Position numbers and translations under genes: made by a program
Source of the DNA: Ophelia neglecta
Taxonomy: Eukaryota
Reading direction: 5' to 3'
Length of the DNA: 64,000 bases
Assembly (NCBI GenBank): GCA_965285935.1
Contig: OZ260664.1
Location: 83,762,001-83,826,000, forward strand
The notes under the pieces: generated by a model
Seen by the model: only the letters and a program-made list of their open reading frames with translations
Told to the model about the DNA's origin: nothing
Database searches by the model: none
Shown here: positions 38,930-52,486 of the stretch, one piece after another
Layout: each line of letters starts with the position of its first letter
How positions within the stretch are numbered: the stretch's first letter is position 1

Positions 38930-39839
38930 ACTTCTGAACTGAACAGTTCTTTATAACACCAAAATTAATTTAATGAGGCCTGCTGCCTCTATCTGAACTG
39001 AACAGTTCTCTATATCACCAGCATTCTATACATATATATAGATAGATAGACCATATTGTGGATTTTCAATAGTTCCAAAGAAATCATATTGAGAAGTAGC
39101 AATTTAAATTGTAAGAAAACTTTCAGGAAGGAACGTTATGTTTTGAGCCTGCACATATTGGATTGTGACCTCTGTTTGACTGCAATATGTAGTCTGCCTT
39201 GATGTATGGGTGAAAGCATCAAAGTTCAGCTCAACTGGGGAGATAAATGACTCAAATAGGTAAACTGATACTCAATCTGAGTAATGCAGCACCTGTCGTG
39301 CTCAACTAGGTCATGTTTGAGCAAGCAGATCATCCATTGAGGTGAGTCATCCCCCATTTACCTGAGGAAACAAACAATACACCTGACCTGTCATAATCTC
39401 TAGCACTGCCATCTATTTGACAATGGCTTTGTTCCTTATCAAGGTCATTTAATGATTACATTTCAGCTGATTGCTCTCAAACTTGTCAAGAACCTATTAA
39501 CAGATCATTTTAATTTCCTTTTCTCCCTCTCCTGCCAGGAAACCATAGCTACAGGGAACCCACCAGGTAGCCATGGATACCAGACTCTTGCAAGTAATTC
39601 CATTGTTTGATCTAGGTTACCTGATCCAGGTGAGGGATGCAGTGCCTCCTTCAATTCTCAAATATTTACAATTACTTTTTCAGATTTCCAATCAGCAGCA
39701 CAGTTTTAATATACAGACATCTCGTAGAGAAGGCTGCTAGCTAGCTACTAGGAAGACTACACAATAGATAAAGCCTCATCTAACCAAAGCCCATCAACAT
39801 CGGACAGCAATCTTGTTTAAAGGCACATTTAACAGCTGG

Positions 39840-40015
39840 TGTGCCAAGGGCCTCTAATATCCGCCCTCACTTTGATGCAAGTAAAGCGCCTTGGAGTCTT
39901 AAAATCAGCCCTATATTTACTTAGTATTCTCTATCAAAAAAAGAGTGCCCTAACACAATATAAGCAACTATTTAATAGAGTTTGTTTTATGTCATTGCTA
40001 AGGCTCTGCCCTTTC
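39840..40015 (+). repeat. Unclassified dispersed repeat, copy 2
   Basis: Colinear but diverged match to about 26045-26215. Confidence 0.75.
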
Positions 40016-40600
40016 AGTAAATGTATACCTGTTTTTTTTGGTGATATTTTGATGTTTATAATATGGAATACATGCTTGTATTCTTACAGCACATTACAAA
40101 CATCATATGTTCATGTTAGCTTTTCACCCAAAATGTTAAATGGTATAGGGAGGAGAACTGAACCCATCCATAGAACTGATATGATATTTTTGCTGATGAT
40201 GGTGTAACATGACTATAGATATTCTTATCATTCTTCCAGTCCATATTTGCTGCTCTGTCCAGACATAAATCAGATACAAAACACCCCAGCTGTTTGGTGC
40301 CCCATACTAATGTGTGGAGAAACTGACCTGCTAACCTTCTGAGTCCAAGCTGACAATGAAACAGAGGGAAAAATGGTAAAAACTAAGGGTTGTCTTGATG
40401 ACGAAATCATTTATGAGGATAAAATGACAAGACAGGGGTTAAGCTGAAGCTCCAGAGGCAGAGATTCTAACAGAGATACTCATGAAATAACACGAGTGTA
40501 TACCTGGCAGACAAAGTGAAATCATTAATATAAAAATCCATTTAATCAGTCTGAACTTATGAATAATGTAGAGCTAAAGATCAGGTAACTCAATGACAAG

Positions 40601-40921
40601 GGACCACCAAAACGTGGCCGAGTGGTTAGGGCGTTGGCCTTGCAAGTGGCAAATCCTGTTACCGTCAAACCCAAGACGTAAAATTAGTTACTGATAGCTC
40701 CCCTGCCAAGCGCCGGTATTTGGCGGGTAATATCAGGACTGGTCAACCTGGTGTCAGTATAATGTGACTGGGTGGGGTTCCTTGTCTGGTGCCTATGGCA
40801 GGTACTCCAGTGAGGCAGCACTCTAAAGAGGGCATTGAGTCCACTGTCACAAGTAGGCACCGTGGAGATATGACCATATAAGTGTTGGAAGCCACGAAAA
40901 AAAACCCAGAGCAACCAACCC
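40601..40921 (+). mobile_element. tRNA-derived SINE, copy 2 (B box deleted)
   Basis: Same family in the opposite orientation. A box TGGCCGAGTGG is retained and the B-box segment is missing. Flanking TSD CAATGACAAG / CAATGATAAG. Confidence 0.9.
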
Positions 40922-43334
40922 CAATGATAAGGAAGCCAAGTAATATCACCAGGAACCAGGACAAGCTCTTCTTGAAAAAAAAAACAAATTAAAGGGCAGG
41001 ATCTATGTGAAGTTAAGCTTTCAACACAAACAGGGCCATAGTTTGGATTTAGTCAGGAGACCTATAGCCACTGCCTCCTTTTAAGCCTGTGACTGGGGAC
41101 CCAGTAAAGATGGTAAAACTAGAGGAATGTTTGAAGATGGACATTGGTTTTAGTTTTAGGACCAAACTGAGGCCACTATGCTTGCACAACAAATAACAAG
41201 TGTTTTTGCCCTACTTTACCAACAGGGGGCAGAAAGCCAACTTACTACTTTGAACTGGTTTCAAAGAAACTGCATGAAAGCTGACTTTCTTTATTCTCTT
41301 GACATATTTATAAAGAGACTGGCAAAACATTTAAAAAGAAATTCAAAATACCCAAAGAGAGTGACAAAATATCTTAGGCAATCCTTGAAGCTGCATAAAG
41401 CCAGCCTTACACACAAGCTGTGGCCGATTCATTGCTCCGTGCTGGAGATGTCCCAGAGAGAAAGCTAACATCTGACACTGTGTGATAATCATGGCCACCA
41501 GCAATGACGGCTAAACCAGCCACTGTAACCAACTGCTTCATTGCAAAAATCACTAGCTTTGATTAAGTTGTACAAAGAGATGCTGGAAGGAACAGCCTTG
41601 AACCAGAAAAAACCTTGAAAACCACTAGAAAAACCTGGAAAAACAAAATGACAAAACTTGTATTATAGGACTGTACAAGGCTGAATTAAAACGTCTGTCT
41701 GCTCTTCAAACACTGATCAAAAGAGGTAAACGAGTTGGGCAATTGTGAGATTGCAGAGCCTAACATGTTCTGGGCTGGTGACATTAAAGGGAAGATTCCA
41801 GTCTGTGATGGTAAAACAATGGCACTTTATAGCAGACAAGGCTTTCATCCTCAGTTAAATTGTCAATATGAATTAAGTCCTGGTTGAGCATGCTGGCACA
41901 GACCTGTATGTGGTCCTGGGACATGCCACAGCGTGCCTTTCTGTCTGGGACATGGCACAGACATGTACGTGGTCCTGTCATGGCACAGACCTGTACATGA
42001 CTTGACCTGAATTTCTGAAGGTAAATGTCCAGCTCAATGAGTTGTATATAATTCCTTCTCATGGGAGAGTAAAGCAAGGCCTGCATACACAGCATTACAG
42101 CTCACTCCCTGGTACACAAATCTAATCATTCCTGAGCAATCTCCGTCCCCCCGGGCCCAGAATAAGAAGACTCCTTTAGCACCAAGAAATTGCTTGGCAA
42201 TCAAAGATTTCTTGCCCGCCAGGTAGATTATACCCACAAGGTCAAGACAGTTAATTATGCTTAAATAGGTCAAGGTCAAATAATATGTGGTTATTTTCTC
42301 TATAATACATGATCAGGTCACATTATTTATTAGTGTTCAGATTGCTGGCGGTAATAGTCTCCTACCACCAAGTTATAAGATGCCACATAACATCAATGTT
42401 CATAAACTGTATGAAGAGACTGCTATTGGGTGGCTGCGGCACAATATCCACCTAAATCCTGCCAATCTCTATTAATATAAAGCATAATAACCATTACATT
42501 GCCATCCAAAGTCTGGATCAACTGGCCCAGATTAGCCAGACATTACCCAACAGATCAATATTTACTGCCACACCAATCCTTAAATGCTGTAAACAATAAT
42601 GATGGTGTATATCAAAACTTTCTTATAATGAGCTTTTGGATATATATGACAGTTTACTAGTATCTAGGCAGCTGAAAGTATCATGATAATTTTCCAGCAG
42701 ATGAGCCCCATTATTCTGGCTATATACATTAGGAGTGGGTCGGTTTATATCTGAATCTGGCCATTAATCTGACTAATGTGCATGGGGCCTTACTAATGGC
42801 TGTGTTTCCTGGTAGCAGATCCTGCCTGAACCATTTTGTGAAAAGCAAAAAGCTAAAATCCCAAACAGCACAATATAGAAGTGGAGCTGTCAATGCTAGG
42901 GCTGTCCCGGATTGTAAAACTCTCTGTGTATGTACAAGTAAATCTCAATAACTAAATTCCCCTCATCCTCCTAGCTTCAAGCCCTCAATCAACTCGGGCA
43001 AACCCCCTGAGTAATAGACAGGCTTAGCATTAACAATGTGCTGGAGGATGTTCAGAGAATACTGTGTTTTTGCCCTACTATTCACACATTACACCACAAA
43101 ACCTGATGTAGACGATTAGGGATTTCACCTCAGCAGATAGTCCATGTTATAGTGAAATGTCAACCATTATATTCTAGTACTACAGCAATAAAAAGACTAC
43201 CACACTACCCTATTTTTTTAATACAATGAATTGGAAATTGTCAATAATACAGGACAAGGAATTTTTCAAGATTTTCATATGTATTTGGTTGGTAAAGAAA
43301 CACAAGCTATAACTTAATGCATTATGTATTTACA

Positions 43335-45316
43335 CTGCATTGAGCACAGTGTGACACAAGAAATAAATCCTCCATAGAGCGCAGCATGGCAAAAGGAGTT
43401 ACTCTACCATAGAGCACAGCATGGCACAAGGAGTTACTCTACCATAGAGCACAGCATGGCACACAGAGTTACTCTACCATAGAGCACAGCATGGCACAAG
43501 GAGTAACTCTACCATAGAGCACAGCATGGCACACAGAGTTACTCTACCATAGAGCATAGCATGGCACAAGGAGTTACTCTACCATAGAGCACAGCATGGC
43601 ACACGGAGTTCCTCTACCATAGAGCACAGCATGGCACAAGGAGTTACTCTACCATAGAGCACAGCATGGCACACGGAGTTACTGTACCATAGAGCATAGC
43701 ATGGCACAAGGAGTTACTCTACCATAGAGCACAGCATGGCACAAGGAGTTACTCTACCATAGAGCATAGCATGGCACAAGGAGTTACTCTACCATAGAGC
43801 ACAGCATGGCACATTGAGTTACTCTACCATAGAGCACAGCATGGCACAAGAAGTTACTCTACCATAGAGCACAGCATGGCACAAGGAGTTACTCTACCAT
43901 AGAGCACAGCATGGCACAAGGAGTTACTCTACCATAGAGCATAGCATGGCACAAGGAGTTTCTCTACCATAGAGCACAGCATGGCACAAGGAGTTACTCT
44001 ACCATAGAGCACAGCATGGCACAAGAAGTTACTCTACCATAGAGCACAGCATGGCACACGGAGTTCCTCTACCATAGAGCACAGCATGGCACACGGAGAT
44101 TCTCTCCCATAGAGCACAGCATTGCACAAGGAGTTACTCTACCATAGAGCCCAGCATGGCACACAGAGTTACTCTACCATAGAGCATAGAATGGCACAAG
44201 GAGTTACTCTACCATAGAGCACAGCATGGCACACGGAGTTACTGTACCATAGAGCATAGCATGGCACAAGGAGTTACTGTATTATAGAGCCCAGCATGGC
44301 ACACAGAGTTACTCTACCATAGAGCACAGCATGGCACAAGGAGTTACTCTACCATAGAGCACAGCATGGCACAAGAAGTTACTCTACCATAGAGCACAGC
44401 ATGGCACACGGAGTTCCTCTACCATAGAGCACAGCATGGCACACGGAGATTCTCTCCCATAGAGCACAGCATTGCACAAGGAGTTACTCTACCATAGAGC
44501 CCAGCATGGCACACAGAGTTACTCTACCATAGAGCATAGCATGGCACAAGGAGTTACTCTACCATAGAGCACAGCATGGCACACGGAGTTACTCTACCAT
44601 AGAGCACAGCATGGCACAAGGAGTTACTCTACCATAGAGCACAGCATGGCACAAGGAGTTACTCTACCATAGAGCACAGCATGGCACAAGGAGTTACTCT
44701 ACCATAGAGCATAGCATGGCACAAGGAGTTACTCTACCATAGAGCACAGCATGGCACAAGGAGTTACTCTACCATAGAGCACAGCATGGCACAAGAAGTT
44801 ACTCTACCATAGAGCACAGCATGGCACACGGAGTTCCTCTACCATAGAGCACAGCATGGCACACGGACATTCTCTCCCATAGAGCACAGCATTGCACAAG
44901 GAGTTACTCTACCATAGAGCCCAGCATGGCACACAGAGTTACTCTACCATAGAGCATAGCATGGCACAAGGAGTTACTCTACCATAGAGCACAGCATGGC
45001 ACACGGAGTTACTCTACCATAGAGCACTGCATGGCACAAGGAGTTACTCTACCATAGAGCACAGCATGGCACAAGAAGTAACTGCTCCATGGAGGGCACA
45101 GCATGGCACAAGAAGTAACTGCTCCATGGAGAGCACAGCATGGCACAAGGAGTAACTGCTCCATGGAGAGCACAGCATGGCACATTGAGTTACTCTACCA
45201 TAGAGCACAGCATGGCACAAGGAGTAACTGCTCCATGGAGAGCACATCATGGCACAAGGAGTTACTCTACCATAGAGCACAGCATGGCACAAGGAGTTAC
45301 TCCTGCATTGAGCACA
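43335..45316. repeat. 35-bp minisatellite, about 56 copies, with higher-order structure
   Basis: Unit CCATAGAGCACAGCATGGCACAAGGAGTTACTCTA. Confidence 0.97.
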
Positions 45317-46310
45317 CCCTCTACTGTGTGTGTATTTGGTGAAGTCAATGGTGTGGTTGAAAGCATTCCTGACCAGTTTTTAATGATTGATAGGTATTTT
45401 CCAATCTGACTTGTTTTGTCATGCCAGGTATACATCCGGGGCTCCTATCATACTGACCACAATACAACCCTGTTTGCCTGGCACTGTACTACTCATTGCC
45501 TTGCCTGACAAATCCAATCTACTGACATCTCTTCTCTCCCTTTCTACTTTATATCAACAGTACACATCCACCTTCACCAGCCTGCCACCAAAGTAATCAC
45601 AGACCTTTTAGGCCACACGGACCACATTGCTATTCATGGCAGGACTCATTCTCAGAGGCCACCATACAATGTACTCACTCTGAGCTGCAGAGTGTGATGA
45701 GGATACAGAACCAGGACAACTCACTACAAAGGCTGGGTTCTAAGGTTGTGGAGTTCAACCAGTTTATAAACAATAGAACTTACTACACTGCAGACATCAT
45801 GCACAGGCAGATATTCATGGGAAAAACACAGCCAAGGACAAAAACCCCTCGTAGTAGGACTCAATGTCATCCTTATCCTAGACATGTAAATATGTATCTT
45901 GTATATCCAAGGTTTCTGAATCTTTGTAACCCCTTCCAACCAAGTCGATATTGATCTTAACACTGCAACTATAAACCTACAGTTTGCACTGAGGATAGAC
46001 TTTTGAGCTCTAATGACCAAGCGTTATGAGGTTTGCCTATCTCTGTCCTCTGGTGCTAGGACAGAGAAGACTGACTGCCATGCAAATAGTCAAAATTGAT
46101 GTAGGAAAAATTCCATGAAAAGAAGCCAATGTTTTAAATGGTTCATTTGTTCAGCAATGTCAGAAGAACTAGCAGGTCAGTAAATGTGCCCAAAGAACAT
46201 ACTTCCTAAAAGAGCATTATTTTGCCATTCATATGAAATAAATTCCTTTGTTATAGGAGGAAAAAAAAGCCCAGGGGATTATTTTGAAGCAGTGATAGTT
46301 TAATGAAACT

Positions 46311-46397
46311 TAGGGCCAATTTTAAAGGCCCTTGGCACTTTACCTACATCAAAAAGAGGGCCAATCTGAGTGGCCCATGGCCTCAAAGTGTTAACAT
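46311..46397 (-). repeat. Unclassified dispersed repeat, partial copy 3
   Basis: The reverse complement TGTTAACACT...TTTTGATGTAGGTAAAGTGCCAAGGG matches 26029-26115. Confidence 0.7.
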
Positions 46398-47378
46398 GAC
46401 CTCAGAATACACGACTGGTCTGTGAGTGGTTACCCAGGGGATGTTATTTTGAAGACTTGGGACATTAATTGCCATCAAAATGGCAGAATGATCCCAATCT
46501 TTCAGTTGCTTCCTGGTTGATATTTGTTGCCCTATAATTGCATATATTTTAGTTCTCATTACATTGCTGCTTGAGGAACTGCCTGTCAAACAATAAGCCA
46601 GAAACATCGTATATGTGACATTTGTGAGCATTGCACTGTTCTTTTCTCCCTATTTGGTAAAGTCTCCTTGGCCATTCATTACAATGTATTACAATGTAAG
46701 TGCTCTTCATGAAACAGCCTCCCACTCTTAATCAATTAGCCACTCCCACTCTTCATCAATTAGCCAAAAGCAGCAAACAAGCTTAATAATTAAACCTTAG
46801 AAGCTCTTCAGATTTTATACAAGCTTTTAATCCTCATTTACCTCATTATAACTAACCAGACACAGGAGCCTTCCCTGGGTCAGCCAGCCTTTATCATCTC
46901 TCTCCTTAAACAAAGCACCCCCCCCCCCTGCCTCCTATAGTAAGCTCATGGGATGTCCACTCCACTTAATGGGAAGAAATGTGAAGAAAACATCCATCAG
47001 CTGAGGTCAGTGATTGGTGGCAGACCCAAGAGCAAGGCTGCACAATGTCTGCCAACATGGCTTTTAGTCAAATTGGGCTAAGTTGGCATACATTAGTGTG
47101 TGCACACAAAGACATTCCTCGATGCCTCTAGCATGTGAAGGACAAATAGCATGATGTCTTCACTCAGGACATTAATCACTACATCAACATGGAGTGCATT
47201 TTACATTTCAAAGTTCTTACAGGTTTCCTCAAAGCTTTCATGTACAAAGAACAGGATATTTCAGTCCACCAGCGTCCACGTAATGTTCTAATGTACCCAA
47301 TAAAGTTTGTCCAGGAGACAAACAAGCCTACATGGAAAGCATGTGTAAGGCTCTCCTCCAGGGCCTGTGGCTCAGGGT

Positions 47379-47717
47379 GGTTTCTGTTGTTGTTGTTGTT
47401 TGGGGTTTCACGTGGCTTTCGACACTTATATGGTCATATCGCCACAGTGCCTACTTGTGACAGTGGGCCCAATGCCCTTTTAGAGTGCTGCCTCACTGGA
47501 GTACCTGCCGTAGACACCAGATAGGGAACCCCACCCTGTCACATTATACTGACACTGGGTTAACCAGTCCTGATACTACACCCTAAATACCGGGCGCCTG
47601 GCAGGGGAGCTATCAGTACCTATTTTTACGTCTTGGGTTTGACACGACCAGGATTTGAACCCTGATCTACCACTTGAGAGGCGGACCCTCTAACCACTCA
47701 GCCACACTTTGGTGGTC
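47379..47717 (-). mobile_element. tRNA-derived SINE, copy 3
   Basis: Same family. A box TGGCTGAGTGG, B box GGTTCAAATCC. 13-bp TSD TGTGGCTCAGGGT (47366-47378) / TGTGGCTGAGGGT (47718-47730). Confidence 0.9.
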
Positions 47718-50700
47718 TGTGGCTGAGGGTCCCTATGATTCTGACTGGTATAATGGTCTATTCCTGGTTGATGGTTTAGTTTTGTCTGCCAGGTGTCCAC
47801 TCCCTTTTTCAATTCTTTAATAAAGGCACTTTAACTAAAACAAGGCACTGCTGATGCCAATCATTCAACCTTACAGCCAGTAATGATGGCCAGAACTGGT
47901 TCCCTTAAAAACCTTTGTTTTACATAGAGGTTTCTGTCTTGACAACAGAAAGCCAGTGTCCAATATCCCACAGTCCTTAGGGAACCAGGATGCATGGAGA
48001 ATCAAACAGAGCACTTTCTCCTTCTGAATACTTAACAAACCATACCTTTTAATACAAAGCAACCAGATTTGAGCCTACATTTGCAGGAGACAAAAAGCCC
48101 ATGTAGCATGTAATTTCTATGAATATGGAGTTTTATTTTGATCAAAAAAGACATTCAGTTAATCATCATAAATTTAATCAATCTCTGTCAAAGAGAAAAA
48201 CAAAATAACATGCCTTGCGGCCAAAAAAAACATACATTGGATGAAATATTGCTGTTATTGTCCAGCCAAGGGTCTCGGCACGTTAGGTAATGGAATGTGT
48301 TTGGAATCCTAACACTATCAGTGACAGAGTAAATATTGACAAGATAATACCAGGTAATTCGTTCAAGCCACGACTGCCCTTAAAGATCACGTAAACCGGC
48401 CTTGTTCTCTGAGCTCAACCTTCGATCAAGCCTCGACGACCAAACCCCAGCGATCCTTTATAAAATCAATGCCTGGTACGCTGATGGGTTGAGGCATATC
48501 ACACTATCATAGGGCAAAAACTAACAAAGATCAAAGCTAAAATAATCTAAAAATATTATTGAAAAGCAGGATATATAACCTTGTACAAGGACGTGGATCA
48601 AGGGGGCTGTGGACGGCCAGGGCCTTCAAATGTCAGGCTGAGAAATACAATGTGGCCTTTATTTACATTGCTTATTGGTATTAAATATCAATTTGTGGAT
48701 TGACAGAAGGTGTCTGTGGTGCTTCTAACCTGTTTGAAAAAGAATGCCAAAGCTTTTAATCAAATTAAAACATTTTTATAGTGATATAGAAAAAAGGCAT
48801 CACAAATTTGAAGAGAATTAATCTAGAATTTAGTGTCAGAAATATGGTGAATATTTTCAATAGATTTAATATTTCATGTATACATACACAGCAAGCATTT
48901 TTTTCCGTCTATGTATGGGTTCAGTTATAAATGGACCCGCCTTCATGGCAAGCCACCAATAGACTGTGATCAATACAGTTTTTGTAACTGTGGGAGTGGT
49001 AGTCTTTTTAAGCTGACTAACATCATGATATAGCTGTAGTGTATGGGTGTTACTGACATTGATTACCCCAGACAGGTTATAGCATGTCATACTCTACTAG
49101 ATACAGGCTCTCAGAAATAACACCAGGAAATTGACAGATCTCTCACCGGAGAGAAGCCATGCCATCAAAAACTTGTTAACTCCAATAAAACAGGGAGAAC
49201 TTCAAGGCTGAATCATTATCCACTTTATGAGAAGGTGAGAACTAATCCTGAAATGTAAAGACACTGATCTAAACCTGAGGGAGACTGAACGGAAAGTGAG
49301 GAGTAAAAATCACAGGCAATTTGAAGCAGGAAGCCCACCATTACAGGGCTCCCGCCTCAAGCTTACACAAGTCACACACATCAAAACCAAAATACATCTG
49401 AAAGTCAATCAGGGAAATCTACCTGGAAAAGGGTACCCATAGCAACATGCTATAAAAAAAATCCCCAGAAAGATTTGCTGGTAAAAAATGCTTTGGATTA
49501 AATGCCAGGGGCAAATGGGGTATCAGGAAAAAGGCAGCTGCTGTGATTTCTTAACCTAAAATTGATGGAGCTGAGGAGGTTTCATGACTAAATCACTTAC
49601 AATTTAACACCCATTGAGATCAAGGTATGCCATGTTGACTTTGAACTTTCCAGAGAAATCTGGGGTATCTGGCTGAGGAGATAAAGACTGGCTGCTGGGA
49701 ACTTAGCCCTACATAGCCTCACTCATACACTCTGACTACAGATAGATCATCTTAAACACATTTATATACCTGAAAAACTAACCTGTAAATGCCTTCTGAG
49801 GTATGCAGCCACAGCAAAGATTACATATATCTATCTGTGACTAACGAGGCCCTGTCTTAGCCATTTATTGTCAGTTAGCTTATAATAAATCACTCACTTT
49901 TTGTCAGATTCTAAGCATCATTTTTAATTATACTGTATTATGATATGGAGGTAGGAAGCAGGTCCTGTCCAGGTCTGTAATAGGAAACTCATCCTTTAAT
50001 GCCTAGTACTACAGGAAGCTTATCTCCTATTCTCAACACATTAATAATCTAATCCTCACATTTGTGGGAGATAAAAAACACACAAACACTTGTCAGTTCC
50101 CACATTTCTCCATTAAAACAGCGATTATCAGTTTTTATTTTTTCAGGATGAAATGTACAAAGAGATCAAATAGCTCACTGAGCCGAGTCAAAAGGGAAAA
50201 CATTCTCCTAACATCCTGTGGACGGAGACAGAGTCTACACGGTTAATAATCACTACCTTGAAAGCTGGTTTTTTCTCCCACCACCATCTTTCAGGCTCCA
50301 GTTGCCTCATGAACAAAGTGACAGTCTTGATACACTTTAGTGGCTCAGTGACTAACAAATCAATTGGTGGCCACCCTCTGGTGACGGGGAGGCCTCCCAC
50401 TGACTGCCTCCTGCCACTGCTGTCAATATGACTGGGGCTGCTGGATCGGATCTCTACATCAATAAACCAGTCTTCTGTGATTTACATGTCTGGCCACACA
50501 CCAATTAACACCTGAGCTTCTCTAGGAAATGATACAAAAATCAAAACCTGTGCAATACCCGATCAGAGCCAGGTAAATCCCTTGACAATTTGATCATGAC
50601 TGATGTCTGGAGCTCAAACATGGAAGAAATACTTCCTTATAATCCCCAGGTAAAATATCTTGTAAGATCAGCTACCTGTCATATGGCAAGTGTTCACAAA

Positions 50701-51847
50701 GTCCCATACATTTATAAATCAACTTTAAAACTAATCTAACTTTAAAAAGTCAATATAAGTGATGGATGTAAGAATACTATAAAATGTTTTTTGTTTGTTT
50801 GTGGACCAAATCCTTATTACCATTCCTATAAACTGTGCCAGTCATCAGCTTGTAAGCTACAGCCCTAGTAATTTCCTGTGCTGTATGACATTGAATGTCA
50901 GGGCTGAAATAGACAGGAAGAGACAGGAACAGAGAGGAAGAGACAGGAAGAGCCAGGATGTGGAAGTGAGCAAAGCTCTCAGCATTGGCAAAGCACATGG
51001 AATTTTAAGCCTAATGGAAAAATTGGCACCGCCATTGGCAGCCATCATATTACAGGATTAACGTCATTCTGAATGAACACCATGCTGAAAAAAGTTGGTG
51101 TTAATCTTGTGACATGGCCCGGAGGGTTTATTGGTACCATACACAGGGCTTGTCAATAGTTGTCCACAGCTGAGAGACTTGTGTCATGACAATACAGCAT
51201 AAATATGGTGTGGAGGTGGCAATACATACAAACCAAGTGGGGATAATGTCCAAACCACACTCGTATAGATGAGGGCTGCAGTTTGATGTATCTGTCCTAT
51301 TGACCTGGTGGCTGACCAGCCCTGGGCACCCAATTCTGACACGCCCACGATCAGCATCCAAGAACCAACACCCCATTATTTACAGACAATCATTATGCCA
51401 TGATCTGGACAGGAGAACTCATTTCATGCTCTGGTGAAATCAGCTTCGATGAATCACTAGCGAAAAAAGGATGAATCTCCACCTTCCCCAGTACTATCTC
51501 TTACAACACTCTTTGTATCTCCAGACTTTCAATTAAGATGGAAGGAAGGGAGCAAAGGTTGGGGGAATGCCATTAATTCTAGGTGTTCTCTTACAAATGA
51601 AGATAATGGTGAGTGACTAGCACAGGTTTGGCTAACAGGTGTGCTGGCCGGGAGACACCCTAAGCTGCATGTGATGAAGTCACCACTGGTGATCACAATG
51701 AGACCTGAGACCAGATTACCAGACAGGGGATTACACTGGACCTAACACAGCCATTATTAACTGAATCAGGCAAGAAAACAAAGGGCTAGCAATTCATTAT
51801 TCTGTTTGAGACACAATACAAACACAAAGATGTAACTGGTGTCACAC

Positions 51848-51893
51848 GGGGATTTCCGACATGCACGTGCCCCCTGTAATCCCTAATTTGCAT
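51848..51893. promoter_or_regulatory. Dense TF-motif cluster (candidate intronic enhancer)
   Basis: GGGGATTTCC (kB), GCACGTGC (E-box), TAATCC (K50 homeodomain) and ATTTGCAT (octamer) within 46 bp. Function is inferred. Confidence 0.4.
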
Positions 51894-52486
51894 ATTAATT
51901 GTGTAGCTGTCATGGCGTTGCCAAGGTGTTCCCAAGGAGGCATGCTCTGAAGATTTATGGCATGGCTGGCTCACAAATTAAAGAGTTTCAGTAATGCAAC
52001 AAATGTGAAATGCGGAGGAAAACTGCATCAAAATGTGCTGTGAGGCTATTAGAGACATGTGAATCATCGGAGTGCTCAGTAACACATCACAGCTCTGACC
52101 GCCTGCGAGATTGGCTTCCTCTCAAGGGAAGTCAAGGGGCTCAAGGCCAAAGACAAGTGACAGCGCTGCAGTTTTTATCCAAGATAAGATTGTCCCCCAA
52201 TGATTAAAGATGCATGCATTCAGCTTGCATTCAGCTGTATGCATCTGATTGGCCAAATTTCAAGGCATATTAGACCCTAGCAACAGCAGGGTAGAGAAGA
52301 AATGCTATAAAGAGCGGTGATAATATGAGATAATATTGGGATTGGGAGTGGGCTGGAAGGATGTGTCATACACAACATGATAGACTGACACATCAAAATC
52401 AAAGCTACAAGATTTGCATTAAAAAACTAAACCCCTTGATTTCTGTCTGTCTGTGGTTCTTCTGATAACAAGAAAGCTCTAACAGA

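Noticed and set aside
43335-45316. CRISPR-like appearance of the 29-35 bp arrays with internal palindromes
   Set aside because: Units are head-to-tail with no unique spacers, there are no cas genes, and the context is a eukaryotic intron.
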